This document shows positions 1 to 13,153 of a stretch of DNA of 64,000 nt, piece after piece. Origin of the DNA: Rhodosorus marinus CCMP1338 (lineage: Eukaryota > Plantae > Rhodophyta). The stretch lies in NCBI GenBank assembly GCA_029953675.1, contig JAMWBK010000006.1, forward strand, positions 1,240,001 through 1,304,000, in the 5' to 3' direction. Every line of letters starts with the position of its first letter. Position 1 is the stretch's first letter. Made by a program: the position numbers and the translations under genes. The notes below the pieces were generated by a model. It was given only the letters and a program-made list of their open reading frames with translations. It was not told the DNA's origin and made no database searches.

Positions 1-1337
1 TAACTTACCCAATGCTCTTCAAACTGGAAAGCTTGGGAGGTCAAGCAACCCACTGCGGAGTGTTAGAGTTTCTTGCAAAGGTAAGAAGCTTCTATGAGGC
101 TATTAACCTGCGAGCTCGTTGGCAATTTAAGCTGACTTGTATGCATCTCCTTAGGAGGGACATGTGTATATTCCATACTGGATGATGCAGAATCTCCAAA
201 TCAATGAAGGCGACATGCTGAAGGTAACGTGGAATTCTTGAGTACCGACTGCTGCAGAAGGCAGAGGAGTCAAACTGCAATCTAAGAAATATTACCATGT
301 AATCCTTCAGGTGGGAAATGCGGTTCTTGAAAAGGGGAATTTTGTCAAGTTCCAACCGCAGACAGAGGACTTTCTGGCAATTTCAAACCCAAGGTCAGTC
401 TTGGAGCGGACGCTGAGAAGTTTCACTTGCTTGTCCAATGGTAAGAAGCTGTGTGATGTTCGGTTGAGGATTGCCAGAAGCGCAATGTAGCGCTTTGCTT
501 CTTTTTTCAGGAAACTGAGAAACCTCTCTCATGTGGGGACGCGAACTCCACAGGCGATTCAATTCCTATTAACTACAATGGCAAGAACTATTGGATCGAT
601 GTCCTGGACGTCAAGCCAGTGAGTTTGCTTGTATAAACCTATGCCTGCCTCAGCTCGGCTTCTAACCAATAAACCTGGACGCATCATTTCTGCGCCTTGT
701 TTTCATGATCAGGGTACGGCTGTGTCGATCATCGAAACGGACGTCAACGTAGACTTTGCTCCTCCTCCGGGGTACAAGGAGCCCATAGCCCCACCGAAAC
801 AGGAAGGGTCTTCTTCAAGACCAGGTCAGGTTATATTCGGAGAGGACAAGGTGGGCGGCAAGCCAGCTATAGAGTCAAAAGGGAGAAAGTTGGTGGAATC
901 ATCTGACTCAGAGTCTGAAGAAGAAGGAGAGTCAAAACCCGCAAAACCAGAGCAGAGATTTCCAGGGGATGTAGGTGGATGCCATACTCTGGTCCAATAC
1001 TCAATTATGGTGCTGAGTTTTGACTGAAATATTCTTTCCCCCCCATCTAATCTTATCGGGAAAGGGTAACCTGCTGAGGAACCCTACCAAAGGAAGGGCC
1101 TTTATTCCCACTTCAACTGAGGAACAGAAGCCTAAGGAAGAAGAACAAGAGAGGAAGCCCTCCGAGCCGTTTAAGGCATTCAGCGGTGCCGGGCAGAGCC
1201 TCCGAGGAGCTACAACGACGGGAGCACCATCCGCAGTGGTGGAGGAGACGCAGACGGCCGAAAACGGCGGAGAGGAAACAGTGGAAAAACCCAAGTTCGT
1301 AGCATTCGGTGGAGCCGGGAGACGACTGAGGGACTAA
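1..1337 (+). CDS. UFD1: Ubiquitin fusion degradation protein 1, multi-exon, 5' end outside the window
   Basis: Spliced exons read YPMLFKLE..THCGVLEF, EGHVYIPYWMMQNL, KGNFVKFQPQTEDFLAISNPRSVLERTLRSFTCL, GDSIPINYNGKNYWIDVLDVKP and AVSIIETDVNVDFAPPPGY. The C-terminus has SHP-box-like FVAFGGAGRRL. Introns are GT..AG. Confidence 0.93.
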
Positions 1338-2976
1338 GCGATCAGCTTCGATTCTACCTGTATATTCGGCTCCGTCGAGCTATCGTGGTGTCCTTAGTTT
1401 TGGACATACGGGTGAAAACATACCGTGAACAGATTTGAGTAACAGATTTGAGTCTTCGTGAAAAAAGTCCAGGGCGTAGTGGATTGGACTGCTGATCCGC
1501 AAACTAGCCGATTGAGAAATGTGCGTGTACTGATTACTTGGTGTCCGTCCGAGCTTCGGAAGAAGTGCTCAACCGCCAAGTCGAGAGCGTAGCTCCCTGT
1601 TTGTCTTGCAGGCCGCGTTTCAAAGCACCCTGCTGTCTGAATTCACTGACCGGGTTGCTTCATAACGAATTAAAACAAGAAGCAAACTTCACATCGCAAT
1701 TCAGTGACGGTACCGATGTGTTGATCCACGCTTGTTCATGGGACCTCTACATCCGACGGAGCGGTCGTGTAGGTTTCTATATCACCCTTGAGTTTGGAGG
1801 TAGGGCGACTCGAGCAGAATCATGGGCCGCGTCGCAAAGCCGCGGGAAGCAATGTGCTGTCCCCCCGGTTGCTTTTAGAAACTAGAGACTTTGGAAAGAC
1901 CAAACCTGTGCACTTTAGCTCCACCGATAGTCGAGGTTTGGAGAACTACCTGCAAGTCTCGCTTCCACCGATATCGACAGCGCAAGAAAAGTGCCTAGCG
2001 ATCTCCCCCACTCGGCTTGCCAACCCTCTTCCAGCATTGCCATGAATTTCTTAAAAACTCCTTTTTAACCTCCACTTGTCAGACTCCACACTGAAGGATA
2101 AGTTTTCTATTAAAAAACGCATCCAGTCTACAAAACTTCTTAAAAAACTCCTCCGCGTCTATTATATTTTCCAAAATAAAAACAAAGCCCTTCTTTTTTC
2201 ATACGAAAAAAACAGAAAAAGGAGCTTTGGCCCAACTATTCTCAACTTCGACGCTTTTTTATTTCTACTAAAAAAACTGCATGGTAAAAACACAGGTGAA
2301 AATAAGTGTCACCCAATACGTTGTACATAAAAGAGACTAAATAATATAATATTATACTTTTATTACTATATAACCAGTCAAAATTAATTATATTTGATTG
2401 CATTTGAGATGACGCTTAACGTTGTAAGTTTTTCCTCAGCATTTGAAGAATTGTTGAGGTGTTTTTTTTCCTCGTTGAGGTGAGGGTGGTATGAGATTGT
2501 CAATCTTGTCTAAATATGTTTAAAATGGGAGTAAAACTAGGGATTTGAAAACGATATATGATTTTGATATTAGGGGTTGATGGATATGGATATGGTTATT
2601 GATTTGTTTTGTATGGAGAAAAGGAGGAGTTTGGTTCGTTTGGTGGACGTCAGATGATGATATGTACACAGAGGTAGAGTTTTCTATTCTTTAAGGGGAG
2701 TGGGGCTGCTGTCCGGGATTCGATGGAAGTGGGTAGTATGGAGGAGGTTTTCGAGCGATGAGCCTTGGCAGAGGAATTCTTTCTGTTAATTTTGCTGTTT
2801 TGTGGAAAGCGATGGGTCTGTGGGGTTGACGAGCAAAACCTCCGCCCTCCCTTTATCAAGGGGAGGCGGAGGTTTGCCGTGTATTGCTGACGGGAAGGTC
2901 TTGGAGGGCGAGCCGATGGACTACACTGAGTTTTGAGTAGTGGAGGGATCGAGTCCTGTGAGGGGGTAGGTGGAAA

Positions 2977-5830
2977 ATGGCTGAGGTTGGGACACAGGAC
3001 GAGGAGGTGGGGTCTGGTAAGGATTCATCTGCTTTTGAAAAATTGGACTGATCTTTCTGTCGTTGAATTGGCTCGTTAAGTTGTCTTGGCTTTAGTTTCG
3101 AAAGATGAGATGCCGGAGGCTGTGAAGGGTGATGCTGATGCTTCAATGCTGATGTTTGGGGAAAGGGAGTTGGAGGTGGAGGTGGAGCGAGCGGAAGTTG
3201 AAGTGACAACTGGTCCTGTTGCTGGAGATCAGACTGGTTCTGCAGATCGATCTGATGAAGTCGTAGCACTGGATGGGACGAATCTTCTCAAGGTTAATAC
3301 TCGAACGAAAGTCGTCTCTTTCATAGTCCCTGACAATGATACCCTTCCTGGCGAGCCCAAGCGCAGTGGCTTTAAGCAACACAGGCCACCATGTAAGTGC
3401 TTCTCTCTGACTCTTTTCTTTTCTCGCTGAATTGTGCTTGCTTCCTTGGTCGGACGCGTTGACTTGAACAGCTTCAACCTGACTTTTTCCGCAGTCTCTT
3501 TCAGCAAGATTTCATGGAGCTATTCAGTGATGCAGGCCAAGCTGGATCTCGAACTGGAAGGAAGCACAGGAGCAAATGCCGAGGAAGACACAATTGAACT
3601 GTTCCAGACGGCACTTGCTGCACGCGAGCAGCACCGAAAGGAGATAGACCTTACGCACGCCAAGATCCGGTCGGATGTGAAGATCATTTGTGCTTGCTGG
3701 CGAAAGGACTTCGGATGTACGAAACCGGACCCTGCGGATCAGAGGAAACAGGCGTTGGACGAATTCACCTTGCTTCTCAACGAGCTCGGCGCTGAACGTG
3801 AGTGAAAAGACAAATTTAGCTCCCCCTTGTTAATAGCGCTTCTTCTGTCTTTGCACTGAGGTGAATCACTCAAAGCGAATCGTCCACTCCACGACTGCTT
3901 CGACAGGTCTCAATATGATTGATCTTGTTCGAGGGTACCGAGTAATGAGAAAGTATCCTCAGGTGACCAGAAGCCCTCACGAGGACGAGGAGGCAGCTCC
4001 GCAGACTCTGAACTTCGACATAGAGGAGGACGAGAATGAAGATAACCCCAGTTCTCATGGCTCACTAGCACTCAATGAGCAGATCACTCAACTGGATTTG
4101 GCCGATCTTGAGAAGGCTCATCGCCTCTCCCTGCACGCCTGGGCAGCCTATGGAAGCAATTTCGAGGGCGAGGACAAGGATTTTTACGAGTACACCGATG
4201 GCGAGCTCGCGGCGGACAGGGAGTTCACTTGTGGAATAGTAAGCATCGAGAAAACGCTATTTACGGCTGAGAGTGTCTCAAAATTTGCTTGAATACCCTT
4301 CCGAACCAGAGTTGTTCTCAGCCATGAGTTCCGGTCACTGTCTACCGTATTAGAATGACGGAACTGTGAGATGATATTATTTTACGAAAACCCCTAACCC
4401 GATCGTCTCCCATTTGAACTATGCAGCTGAAGCTTCACACGCGAGATTTGGTCAAGTTGAGCACCTCCAAGGGTCCATTCAAGCCTCAGTTCTACGTCGC
4501 CGTCGACCACTCCATTGAAGCCATCGTAGTTGCTGTAAAGGGAACCACAAGCTTCGATGATCTAATGACAGACTTGTCTGCAAACTCGCTGCCCATAGTG
4601 GTCAGACCTCCTCCTTGGAGGTACGCTGCTGATTCTAACCTTGTTTTGATTCGAAAAATTCGATTGTGCTGAAACACTCGGTTGTGTTCTTCAATGATCC
4701 CTACCACAGTGCGGACTTTCACAGCAAGAGAGCTATAGTGGGCGGAACTCACATTGGTTTGTTCTTGAGCGCGAAGCACGTCCTCAGTGAATGTAGGGAA
4801 CTCCTGATAGGGTTGTCTGGGGAATTCGAGGAGTATGATATCTTTATTACGGGACACTCGCTGGGCGGGGGTGCGGCCTCACTGGTAACGATCCTACTCT
4901 ATAATGACGACGAGTTCCTTGCTAAAGCTGTAAGTTTCAGGAGTGGAGGTCTCACAACCTGTTCGCAACTCAATTGTGGTGGTTCTTTCCTCCATTCTTG
5001 AAACAGAATCCGGTTTACTGTATCGCTATTGGCCCTCCGCCAACTGTATCCGAACCAATTGCCGAAGCTTACAATGATATCATAACCACGTTTGTAAACC
5101 AAGACGACCTCATTCCCACACTTGGAGTTATCTCAGTGGCTACGTACCTGGAACTGTGTAAGGAGGTGAGGAAACTTCCGCTTCGCACGCGTCTTGCAGT
5201 GGACTTCGGATTAGCAAAGGTCGTTTCTAAGAGGCTGGAGAGAATTCGCCTCGATGACCTCGCGCGATTGACGAAGTTTCGGCTATTCCTCGCCGGGACA
5301 GTGTTTCACTTGAAGGCCAAGGAAAGCCTGAAGGAAATGGCGGAGTTCTTTGTACCTACCAAGACGAAGGTTGGGCTCAAAAAAGGACACTGTAAGACGC
5401 GCAAAATTCACCGCTGATGATTGCTCCACAATCGTTACAACATTGAATGATCTAATGCTCTGTCTTCTCTTTCTGCTCGCCCGGGATAGCTGCGGATCAC
5501 GTCGATAAGTATCATATGCATACGCACTTTGGAACGCAGTACAGGATGGTACGGAAGGATAGAAAAGATTTTCTGGAGCTTAGGATGGTTCCAAATGCGT
5601 TCTCCGACCACCGGCCTGTCGTGTACGTGGACATCTTGGGCGTGCTTTTGGAAAAGAAGAGGAAAAAGGAACGTAAGAAGAAGAAGGAGATGGAGAAGAA
5701 GAGGGAGAACAAGTCGCAAAGCAAGCCAGCAGGAAATCTTGGGTCGCGGTACTTTAGCAGTGTGAGAAACGCTTGGAACGAAGCGAACGAAGATTTGGAT
5801 GTCGAAGATCCATTGGCCGTACCTGGCTGA
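2977..5830 (+). CDS. Class 3 (alpha/beta hydrolase, DAG-lipase-like) lipase, paralog 1, multi-exon; start approximate
   Basis: Exon motifs FYVAVDHSIEAIVVAVKGTTSFDDLMTDL, ITGHSLGGG (about 4846-4872), AIGPPP, VNQDDLIPTL and DHRPVVY give a Ser-Asp-His triad. Confidence 0.85.
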
Positions 5831-8679
5831 GAGAAATTTGCTTGGTCCGGACCTCCCATCGCGACGAAAATGACGGCCTGGGCGCAAAAGGTAAATCTGA
5901 TTTGCTCTCCAGGTGAGACTGGGTATTCAGATCCTTGTCTGCTTGTTGTGACATGGATATAGTGGCAAAGACCAGTACTTTGCGGCAAGAGGCAAGGAGA
6001 CTCTAGTGCAGAGGCATGCGAGTCAATAGAGAGTGAAGGGGAGCAATTTTGCTGGAATAGCTGTCCCGGGAGCAAGGGGAAAATCGCCGCGAGAACCGAC
6101 GGACTTTTGGCTTGGGTTTTCTGAATAGCCTGGATATCACTATCAGGTTGTGCTGTAATTGACAGGGAGACAAAATCCCGTCAATGTCCCGGTTGGTGTC
6201 AGTTAGAACACAGCAACGAATGGAGCGGATAGGCACCGCTCTTTCCGTAGTCAAAGTTACAGCGCAGGTCACCGTTGCAACATTGGACCCCAAGCTCGAA
6301 GGCGAATGGTGAGTTCTAAATCGAAGTGGGTTCCCCTGTATGGCTTTCAGTGGGGGATGTACTGAAATCCAGCGGCCGCTAACCCCAACGTGATATGCTC
6401 GTTCCGTTGTCGAAAACACAAGTGCTTTCTTTTGGGCCCGGGCGGGCAGCAGATGCATGCGGATAGTCTATCTCCGAACAAAGCTGACCCCCTGCAGTTC
6501 AAGAACTCGAGGGATCAAAATGCGTCTAGCTTCCGTATTCTATCCGAGATTAAATCTACCTAAAAAAGAGCAATGCGGATCCCTAGGTTTGTGTCCCTCA
6601 GTTGTGTCTTTGAGCAAAACAATACTACCGTATCCGGGGTTCTCTCCAAACGTCTTCGCTGCCAATGAATGTTAGGACTCTAGTGCGTGACACGGAACTT
6701 CGTGCTTTCCCACTTTTGTTCAGCCAAATTCCTCCTACCGTCAGGCCCCCGCCACTCACGCCACCGGTACTCAACCCAAAACTATTAGTCAAGCACAACC
6801 ACTGCAAACCAATCAACTGGTAATCAAGCAATTCAGAACTCGCATTCAACAAACAATCAGGAGGTGAACTCTCAAGTTGAACAGTACAAGCGTTCATCTC
6901 TAAAACTGCCCAAGACCAAGGAACTTGACCTATGGAGCGGCGATGAAAACCACATTACCACGTCTCCATTGCCGAAAATCGCATATCAGTATCTATTCCT
7001 CCCTGAGTCCCCGCCCATATACCCAAGTCTGAATCAACACGGGGGACTCATCACTTGCTATTTTTAGATCCACACTCTCAAAAAACTTCACCAATCCGAG
7101 ATAGAATATTGATAGATTCAGTGACGAACCCCTAACGATATGCTGAGGCCCGGTCCGCAATCCTTTACATTTCCTCAAGGTTTTGGTTGTGTCGGTGGTT
7201 TGGGGGGGGCTGCAGTGGCTCTCAAAGCGTAGTAGCAACACTCACAATTCCAAGACTCTCGAATTGAGCAATTTTTTTTAAGACACAATGAGGCTGGAAC
7301 CCAAGCCTTGTATACGTCACGAAACAGAGGCCCCCCGCAAACCCTCACCTCCCCCCCCCCTTTCCTGGGCTCTGTGTAATGGCATCCTCTCACTTTGTGG
7401 TGATCGCACACGGTTTTATTCTCTACGGAGAAATAGTAGAATACTGAATTGTTTTCATATATACCCAAAAACTGCAGCATACCATATGCAAAATCAGGAC
7501 AAAAAAATAAAGAATACATAGGTTCCTAACACGTCCCCTTGCGGTTCCCTCTTTTTAAATCACTATTCAACACACCGCAACCTCTTGAACTGAAAACGTT
7601 AAATTGGAGGAGGTTTGTTTTTCGGAACAATTATTTGGTATTTTGCTCACTCGTTTTTTTTAAGTTTTAGAGCTTGGCGGGGGGTGGGCGTCGGTTGGGT
7701 CCCTAACCCCATGACCGCACTGCAAACGGAAATGTCATCGGATCTAAGGCCGTAAAACCCTAACGACTCCCTCTTGGCGATGCCCTGAAAGGGGGGAAAG
7801 GGAGAGGAACAAGGTGTTTAGAGGTGGCGACAGAGGGGCGGGGGGGAGTGGGCGGGCACGCGTGGAGCCAAAATGTCTTTGTACCTCGTACCTACGTAGC
7901 CTAAGGATGTATTGTATTGAGATATTGAGATATTTGCCTTACCCCTTTGCTTGATGGGCCTCGCCATTCGGAAATGTTGAGTTCTGACTGATGATGATGT
8001 GTTATTCGGCGGACCGGAGGGAGCGGGTGTATGTGTGTGTGTGTGTGGAGCCAGAATGTCTTTGACGAAGTGGTATCTTGTGGACTTGCAGCGTCCTTCG
8101 CATCTCATACCCAAGAGACACATTGAATTACAGATATTTTCTTTTGTCCCCTGCATGACAAGCCTCGTCATTTGGGAACGCTGAGCTGAATGATGATAAT
8201 GTTTCGTTCGGAGACCGGAAAAGAAAGGGGGTGGGGGTGGGGGTGGGGTCAAAATGTCTGTGCTGAAGCGGTCCTTCAAACTTGCCCCGGCCACACCTCC
8301 TCGCCCGACGGACCAATAGACACACACAGCCACTGCAACTAATACTGCCGCGGTTTTGCTGGATGGCGGTACGTACCCCAAGCGCATTGAGGTACCAAAT
8401 ATTTCCCCGCAGAGTATCGGCATTCGGGAACGAAGAGTTGACTGATGGTTGCTACCTTTCATCGGAGAACGTTGAGTTCCGGTCCCGGAATTGACTCTCA
8501 CCCGTTGCTCCTATTTATAGTATTTCAAACTCGGCAGTCGAGAGTATTTCGAAGCAAATTAACTGCAGCAAATTGTTACTCTGACAAAACTACCTATTAA
8601 GCTAACAACAAAATGTGTGAAATTGGCCCATTTTCAGATGGCACACTTCATATTGGTCCACCAAAAGATGGGACAAAAA

Positions 8680-8820
8680 AACCGTTAGAGACCCCTTTTT
8701 ATTACGATTATTCCTTAATGAATATATATAATTCAATAGAAATATATGTTACCAGGAGAACCGTTGAGGACCCTTTTTATTACGAATATTCCTTAAAAAT
8801 ATATATAAGCTAATAGAAAT
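8680..8820. repeat. Imperfect tandem duplication of about 79 bp, AT-rich
   Basis: aaccgtt..gacccttttt attacga.tattcctta..aatatatata..aatagaaat starts at about 8680 and again at about 8759. Confidence 0.7.
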
Positions 8821-9697
8821 AGAAAGTAGTGCATATTATAATAGAATAAAGATGTACAAGATATGAAAATTGTTAATATTTGGTAAATAAGTTTTTCTTG
8901 ATATATTGTTGTGCAATGTAAATAATAGTTGATAATAGATCCGAGTCCGTTCTATTAAATTACCCTCACGCATTGAATAAGTCAAGGAAGCTCTCTTCTT
9001 TGTACGAAACGTACTTTGAAAGAACAGAATTTCATCATGAACCGATGAATACTGAAAGAGTTTAATTTATAAGATGAAATTGGTAGTTTTGTCCTTGTGC
9101 ATTTGAGTGTAACTTACGTTCACCAAAGGGAGAGTGTTGAACGTGTGCTGTGGGTTCAGTAAAACCTCGGAGTTCTACCGCTGACTGTGTGTGTTTTGTC
9201 AGTCCGCAGAGGGTGTGGGAGGAAGAGCCGGTGGGGGGAGGAAGTGCGTTTTCTTTTTTTGCTTCCTGGTTTTGTGCCCGTTCATGTATTGAATGTGTTT
9301 GTTGGTATTTGACCGTGTTTCCTCGGTGTTGCGTCAGGAGTGTGACGGATTTTGGCTCCATTCGTTTTCGCGAATGACGCCGCAGGAAAATTTCGGATGG
9401 AAGAATCTGTTTTGCGGATGGGGATGTGCTCGGGGAGGTGAGTGGGTTCCTTCTCTTCTTCGGCGATTGCTTAAAATAGAAGATGAGTTTTGGTTTTTCA
9501 AATTTCGAGGGTTATGATGGCGGCGATGCTCATTTTTCGGAGATTCCTTGGCTGACCGGCCGGCCTTGTTGAACGCTAGCAGAACTGGTTTTGATGCTGT
9601 GAATAGGTATTCTACACTGGAAAAGGAATATGGAAATCCGCGCAACCCATAGGGTTTTGGAAAACTCCGAACTGGGACAGTCCACGGTTTCCTACCC

Positions 9698-9865
9698 CCT
9701 CTAAATTTTTTGTCCGTTGGAGTACTGTACCTGCGATTTGGGTATGTGAGGTGTATCAACTTATTTACGGCTTCTGATTATTTACCTCTAAATTTTTTGT
9801 CCGTTGGAGTACTGTACCTGCGATTTGGGTATGTGAGGTGTATCAACTTATTTACGGCTTCTGAT
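9698..9865. repeat. Perfect 81-bp direct repeat, period 87
   Basis: cctctaaattttttgtccg...acggcttctgat at 9698-9778 and 9785-9865. Confidence 0.9.
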
Positions 9866-10032
9866 CATCGGCTGGCTGTTTGCCGTTCTTTGAGGGGGTC
9901 CTCGTCTGGGCTCAAGAAATTCACTGCATTTTAATAGAAGAGTCGCTCTTCACACCCTCAGGTACGGCCACGGCTATAAAGTCTACTCTCGCAATAGTCT
10001 GCCGATGTTGATGAGCAGCGTGGGCACTAGGA

Positions 10033-12576
10033 GTGAGGAGTGCTTGCGAAAGTTCAGTCAGTCTGGGCTTGTTGAATGAAAACGAGAAAGGAGAGCTTCA
10101 GACCGTGATGTCTTTGACGAAGGGCACCGCAGAATCCGTTATGGATGAAGCACTGACAGATAGCGACGTCGAAAGTGAAGATTCGGTGTTGAGATCTGGA
10201 GTTTTCAATTGCAAAGCAGGCAACATTCCCGAGGAAGCACGCTGCTATTGGGACAACCTAGCTGAGCAGCTGTCTGACGACGGCAGCTGCACAAGCGGGC
10301 CGAGCACTCTATTAGATGAGTGGTCCTCCACGTTTGGGAAGAACAATACAGTTTCAGCTGAGGATGCGAGTGAGTATTTCAGCACACATCCATTGTCAAG
10401 GGAAGAAGAGAAGCGTTTCTGGGATACTGATCGGAAGAAACCTTAACCTTTCTCGGTGTTCCTGGATAGTACACTTCGATGGAGAGCTGTCTCGTTGTTC
10501 AAGCTTGGTGACTAACGCTGAAAGTGAATTGGAACAGAGCGTGAGTCAGGGTGACGAGGATTTCATCTCACAGTTTGAGAAGGATCTTATCGCACGTAAA
10601 GAGGAAGAGCGAGAGGATGAGCTAGCTCAAGCGAGTCTGAAGGGCGATTTGAAGCGCCTTATGTCAGTGTGCTGCCCGCGGCCCGATGCGGAGAGGAAAC
10701 GCGCTTTGGACGAGGTCGCTATGATCGCCAACCGCGTCGGTGCGGAAGGTACGAACTCTAATTTCAAGCAAATCCACTATAGATGAATTTCAAGCGACTA
10801 ACATTTCCCTTGCTCGACCAAAAACGGAAGAATTGAGCCTGATGTCAATTCTCCGAGGAATCCAAGTCGCAAAGAACTTCCCAGAAGTGAGCAGAACAAG
10901 GAACGAAGAGCACGAAATTCTCGGAAGAGGCACCCAAGCCCCGTCCGGATGTGCTCAGCCCTCCCCAACTGATGTCGAAGAGTTGGAGAGGACGAACAAA
11001 CTTTCCTCACACGCGCTCGCATCCTACGGTGGCGCTCTCGAGTTTATGAAGACGAAGGACATTTACGAGTGCTCAGAAGAGGAGCTCGCCGCAGAAGAGC
11101 AGAAGATTAGAGGACAGGTATGTTCCGCGAACATGACAAACCCGAACTGTTTATCAACTCAATCTCTTCCAAACCGGAAAGATTCGTTTCGCTGTTTGTG
11201 GGTTGATCATGAGGAGTCTGACGTTCTCCTTGCTTTTGCTCCCTTCTTGTTGCGCTCGTGTAGTTGGACCCAAGCAGTGGGAATTTTACACTGGTTAGTG
11301 GAGAGTCTGGTCCTTGCAAGCCGAGGTACTACGTTGCTGTTGACCACTCGATCAAGTCGATCGTTCTGTCCGTGAAAGGGACGAGCAACATTGATGATGT
11401 GATGACGGATCTTTCCCCCGACTTGCATCCGGTTGTTGCAAGGGCTCCTCCAAGGTGAGATGATCACGCGCGCTTCTGAAAAAGAAATTGCTCCTTGTGG
11501 CTGACTCGGCTTTGCTATCTCCTCCTGCAGTCATGGTGAATGCGAATCAACCCTGAAGCGACCGTTCGTTGTTGGGGGGGTTCACAGGGGGTTCTACCAG
11601 AGCGCGAAGCACATTGTATCAGGTTCTAGAAACGAGCTTCTAAGGCTCTCTGAGGAACATCCTGGATATGATATCTTTCTCACCGGGCACTCTCTTGGGG
11701 CCAGTGCAGCGTCGCTCGCTACAATTCTTCTGTACAAAGACGAGGATTATGTGAACAGAGCTGTGAGTTTCCTTCTTCACAACATTGCAGGTCCTTGCTT
11801 TAGAAATTGCTTGGAACTTCCACTGACTCAGTTTACCTTCTGCTCTACAATTTTTTTCCCACAACAGAATCGTACGCGCTGTGTCGCATTTGGTCCAGCG
11901 CCGTGTGTTACGGAGGCTATCGGGGAGGTCTTCAATGAGGTTATAACTTCCTACATCAACAACGACGATGTCGTATCGGCGATGGAGATTCACACCGCTG
12001 CTCAATTCGTTGAAATGTGCAAGGAAATTGAGAAGTTGCCGCTTCTCACCCGCCTCGCGATTAACTTCGGGTTTACTCGGCTTGTTTCCGGACAAATCAA
12101 GAAAATTCGAACATGCGATGTGGACCGCCTCCAGATGCGAGTGTACAGCGCCGGCACAGTCTTCCATATAAGAAGCAAGGAGGGCTGCGACCGTGTAACA
12201 TATAGGAACATGCAAAAACTCCAAGCACGTAAGTCCTACGACCATACTAAATACGTGTTTGCAAATTAGTTGCTAAGATTCTCCCCCTCGATCGTTTCTG
12301 CGCAATCCAGAGCCGAAAGAATGCTCCGATCCACAGAGGGTCCAGTATCACCAAGAAGAGCTGCGCCGCGTTGCAGACTCGATTGAGGTGGTTCCGGCCA
12401 GACGCCAAGGATTCCAGGATGTTACTTTCAGCGCGAATGCTTGGTTGGATCATCAGCCCAGCAATTACGTTAACATCTTTGGCTTCTTGCTCGCGGCGAG
12501 GAGAGCGGAAATCGAGGCGTACTGCTGCACAAAGGACCATCTCGATGAGCTTTCGACGCCCGCTTGGGTCGGTTGA
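10033..12576 (+). CDS. Class 3 lipase, paralog 2, multi-exon; start approximate
   Basis: Motifs YYVAVDHSIKSIVLSVKGTSNIDDVMTDL, LTGHSLGA (about 11680-11703), AFGPAP, INNDDVV and DHQPSNY. Colinear with paralog 1, with matching intron positions. Confidence 0.85.
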
Positions 12577-13153
12577 TTACGAATATATAGGACAACTACT
12601 GAAGGGATGTGCGCTTCTTGGCTGTTGGATATACCGAGCGCACACACCCCCCAAAACAACTTATGTAACAATGACGACGCATAGCAATGGCTCGTTTTGC
12701 ACATAGAAACTAGCGGATAGAGAACTGGCGGATAGAGCAGATGTATTTTTTTATTCTGCAAATAAATCGAGGCAAATTGCCTCTGTATTCAATTATTCTA
12801 CAAACTTCTCGCTCCCAACTCCTATCGCCCAGTATCACGGAGCTTTTGTGGACTCTTCGTTGCCTTCTTCTTGTAGACTTCTCGCCATTGTGTAGCCCTT
12901 TGGACTACCACGTAGTAAAAAAACGACAGCGCTTACCGCCTTCATGGCTTTGGTCGGGGAAAAATTATATGATTCGAAGAGGCCTCTAGACGGCACAATA
13001 CTTGGCATTTTAATGCAAACCCATATCCAGCTAACAAGACTAGGTAAACATATCCGCGGCCGCCTACCGGTCCAAAAACGTGAGATTTCTGGAAGCCCGC
13101 AGCGACGAGGCTAAGGAACTCATTTCCCGCCAAGTGAACGCATCGGCGGCTGT

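Noticed and set aside
7818-8501. 227-aa ORF on the minus strand
   Set aside because: It runs through microsatellites and poly-C tracts and has no recognisable domain; not supportable.
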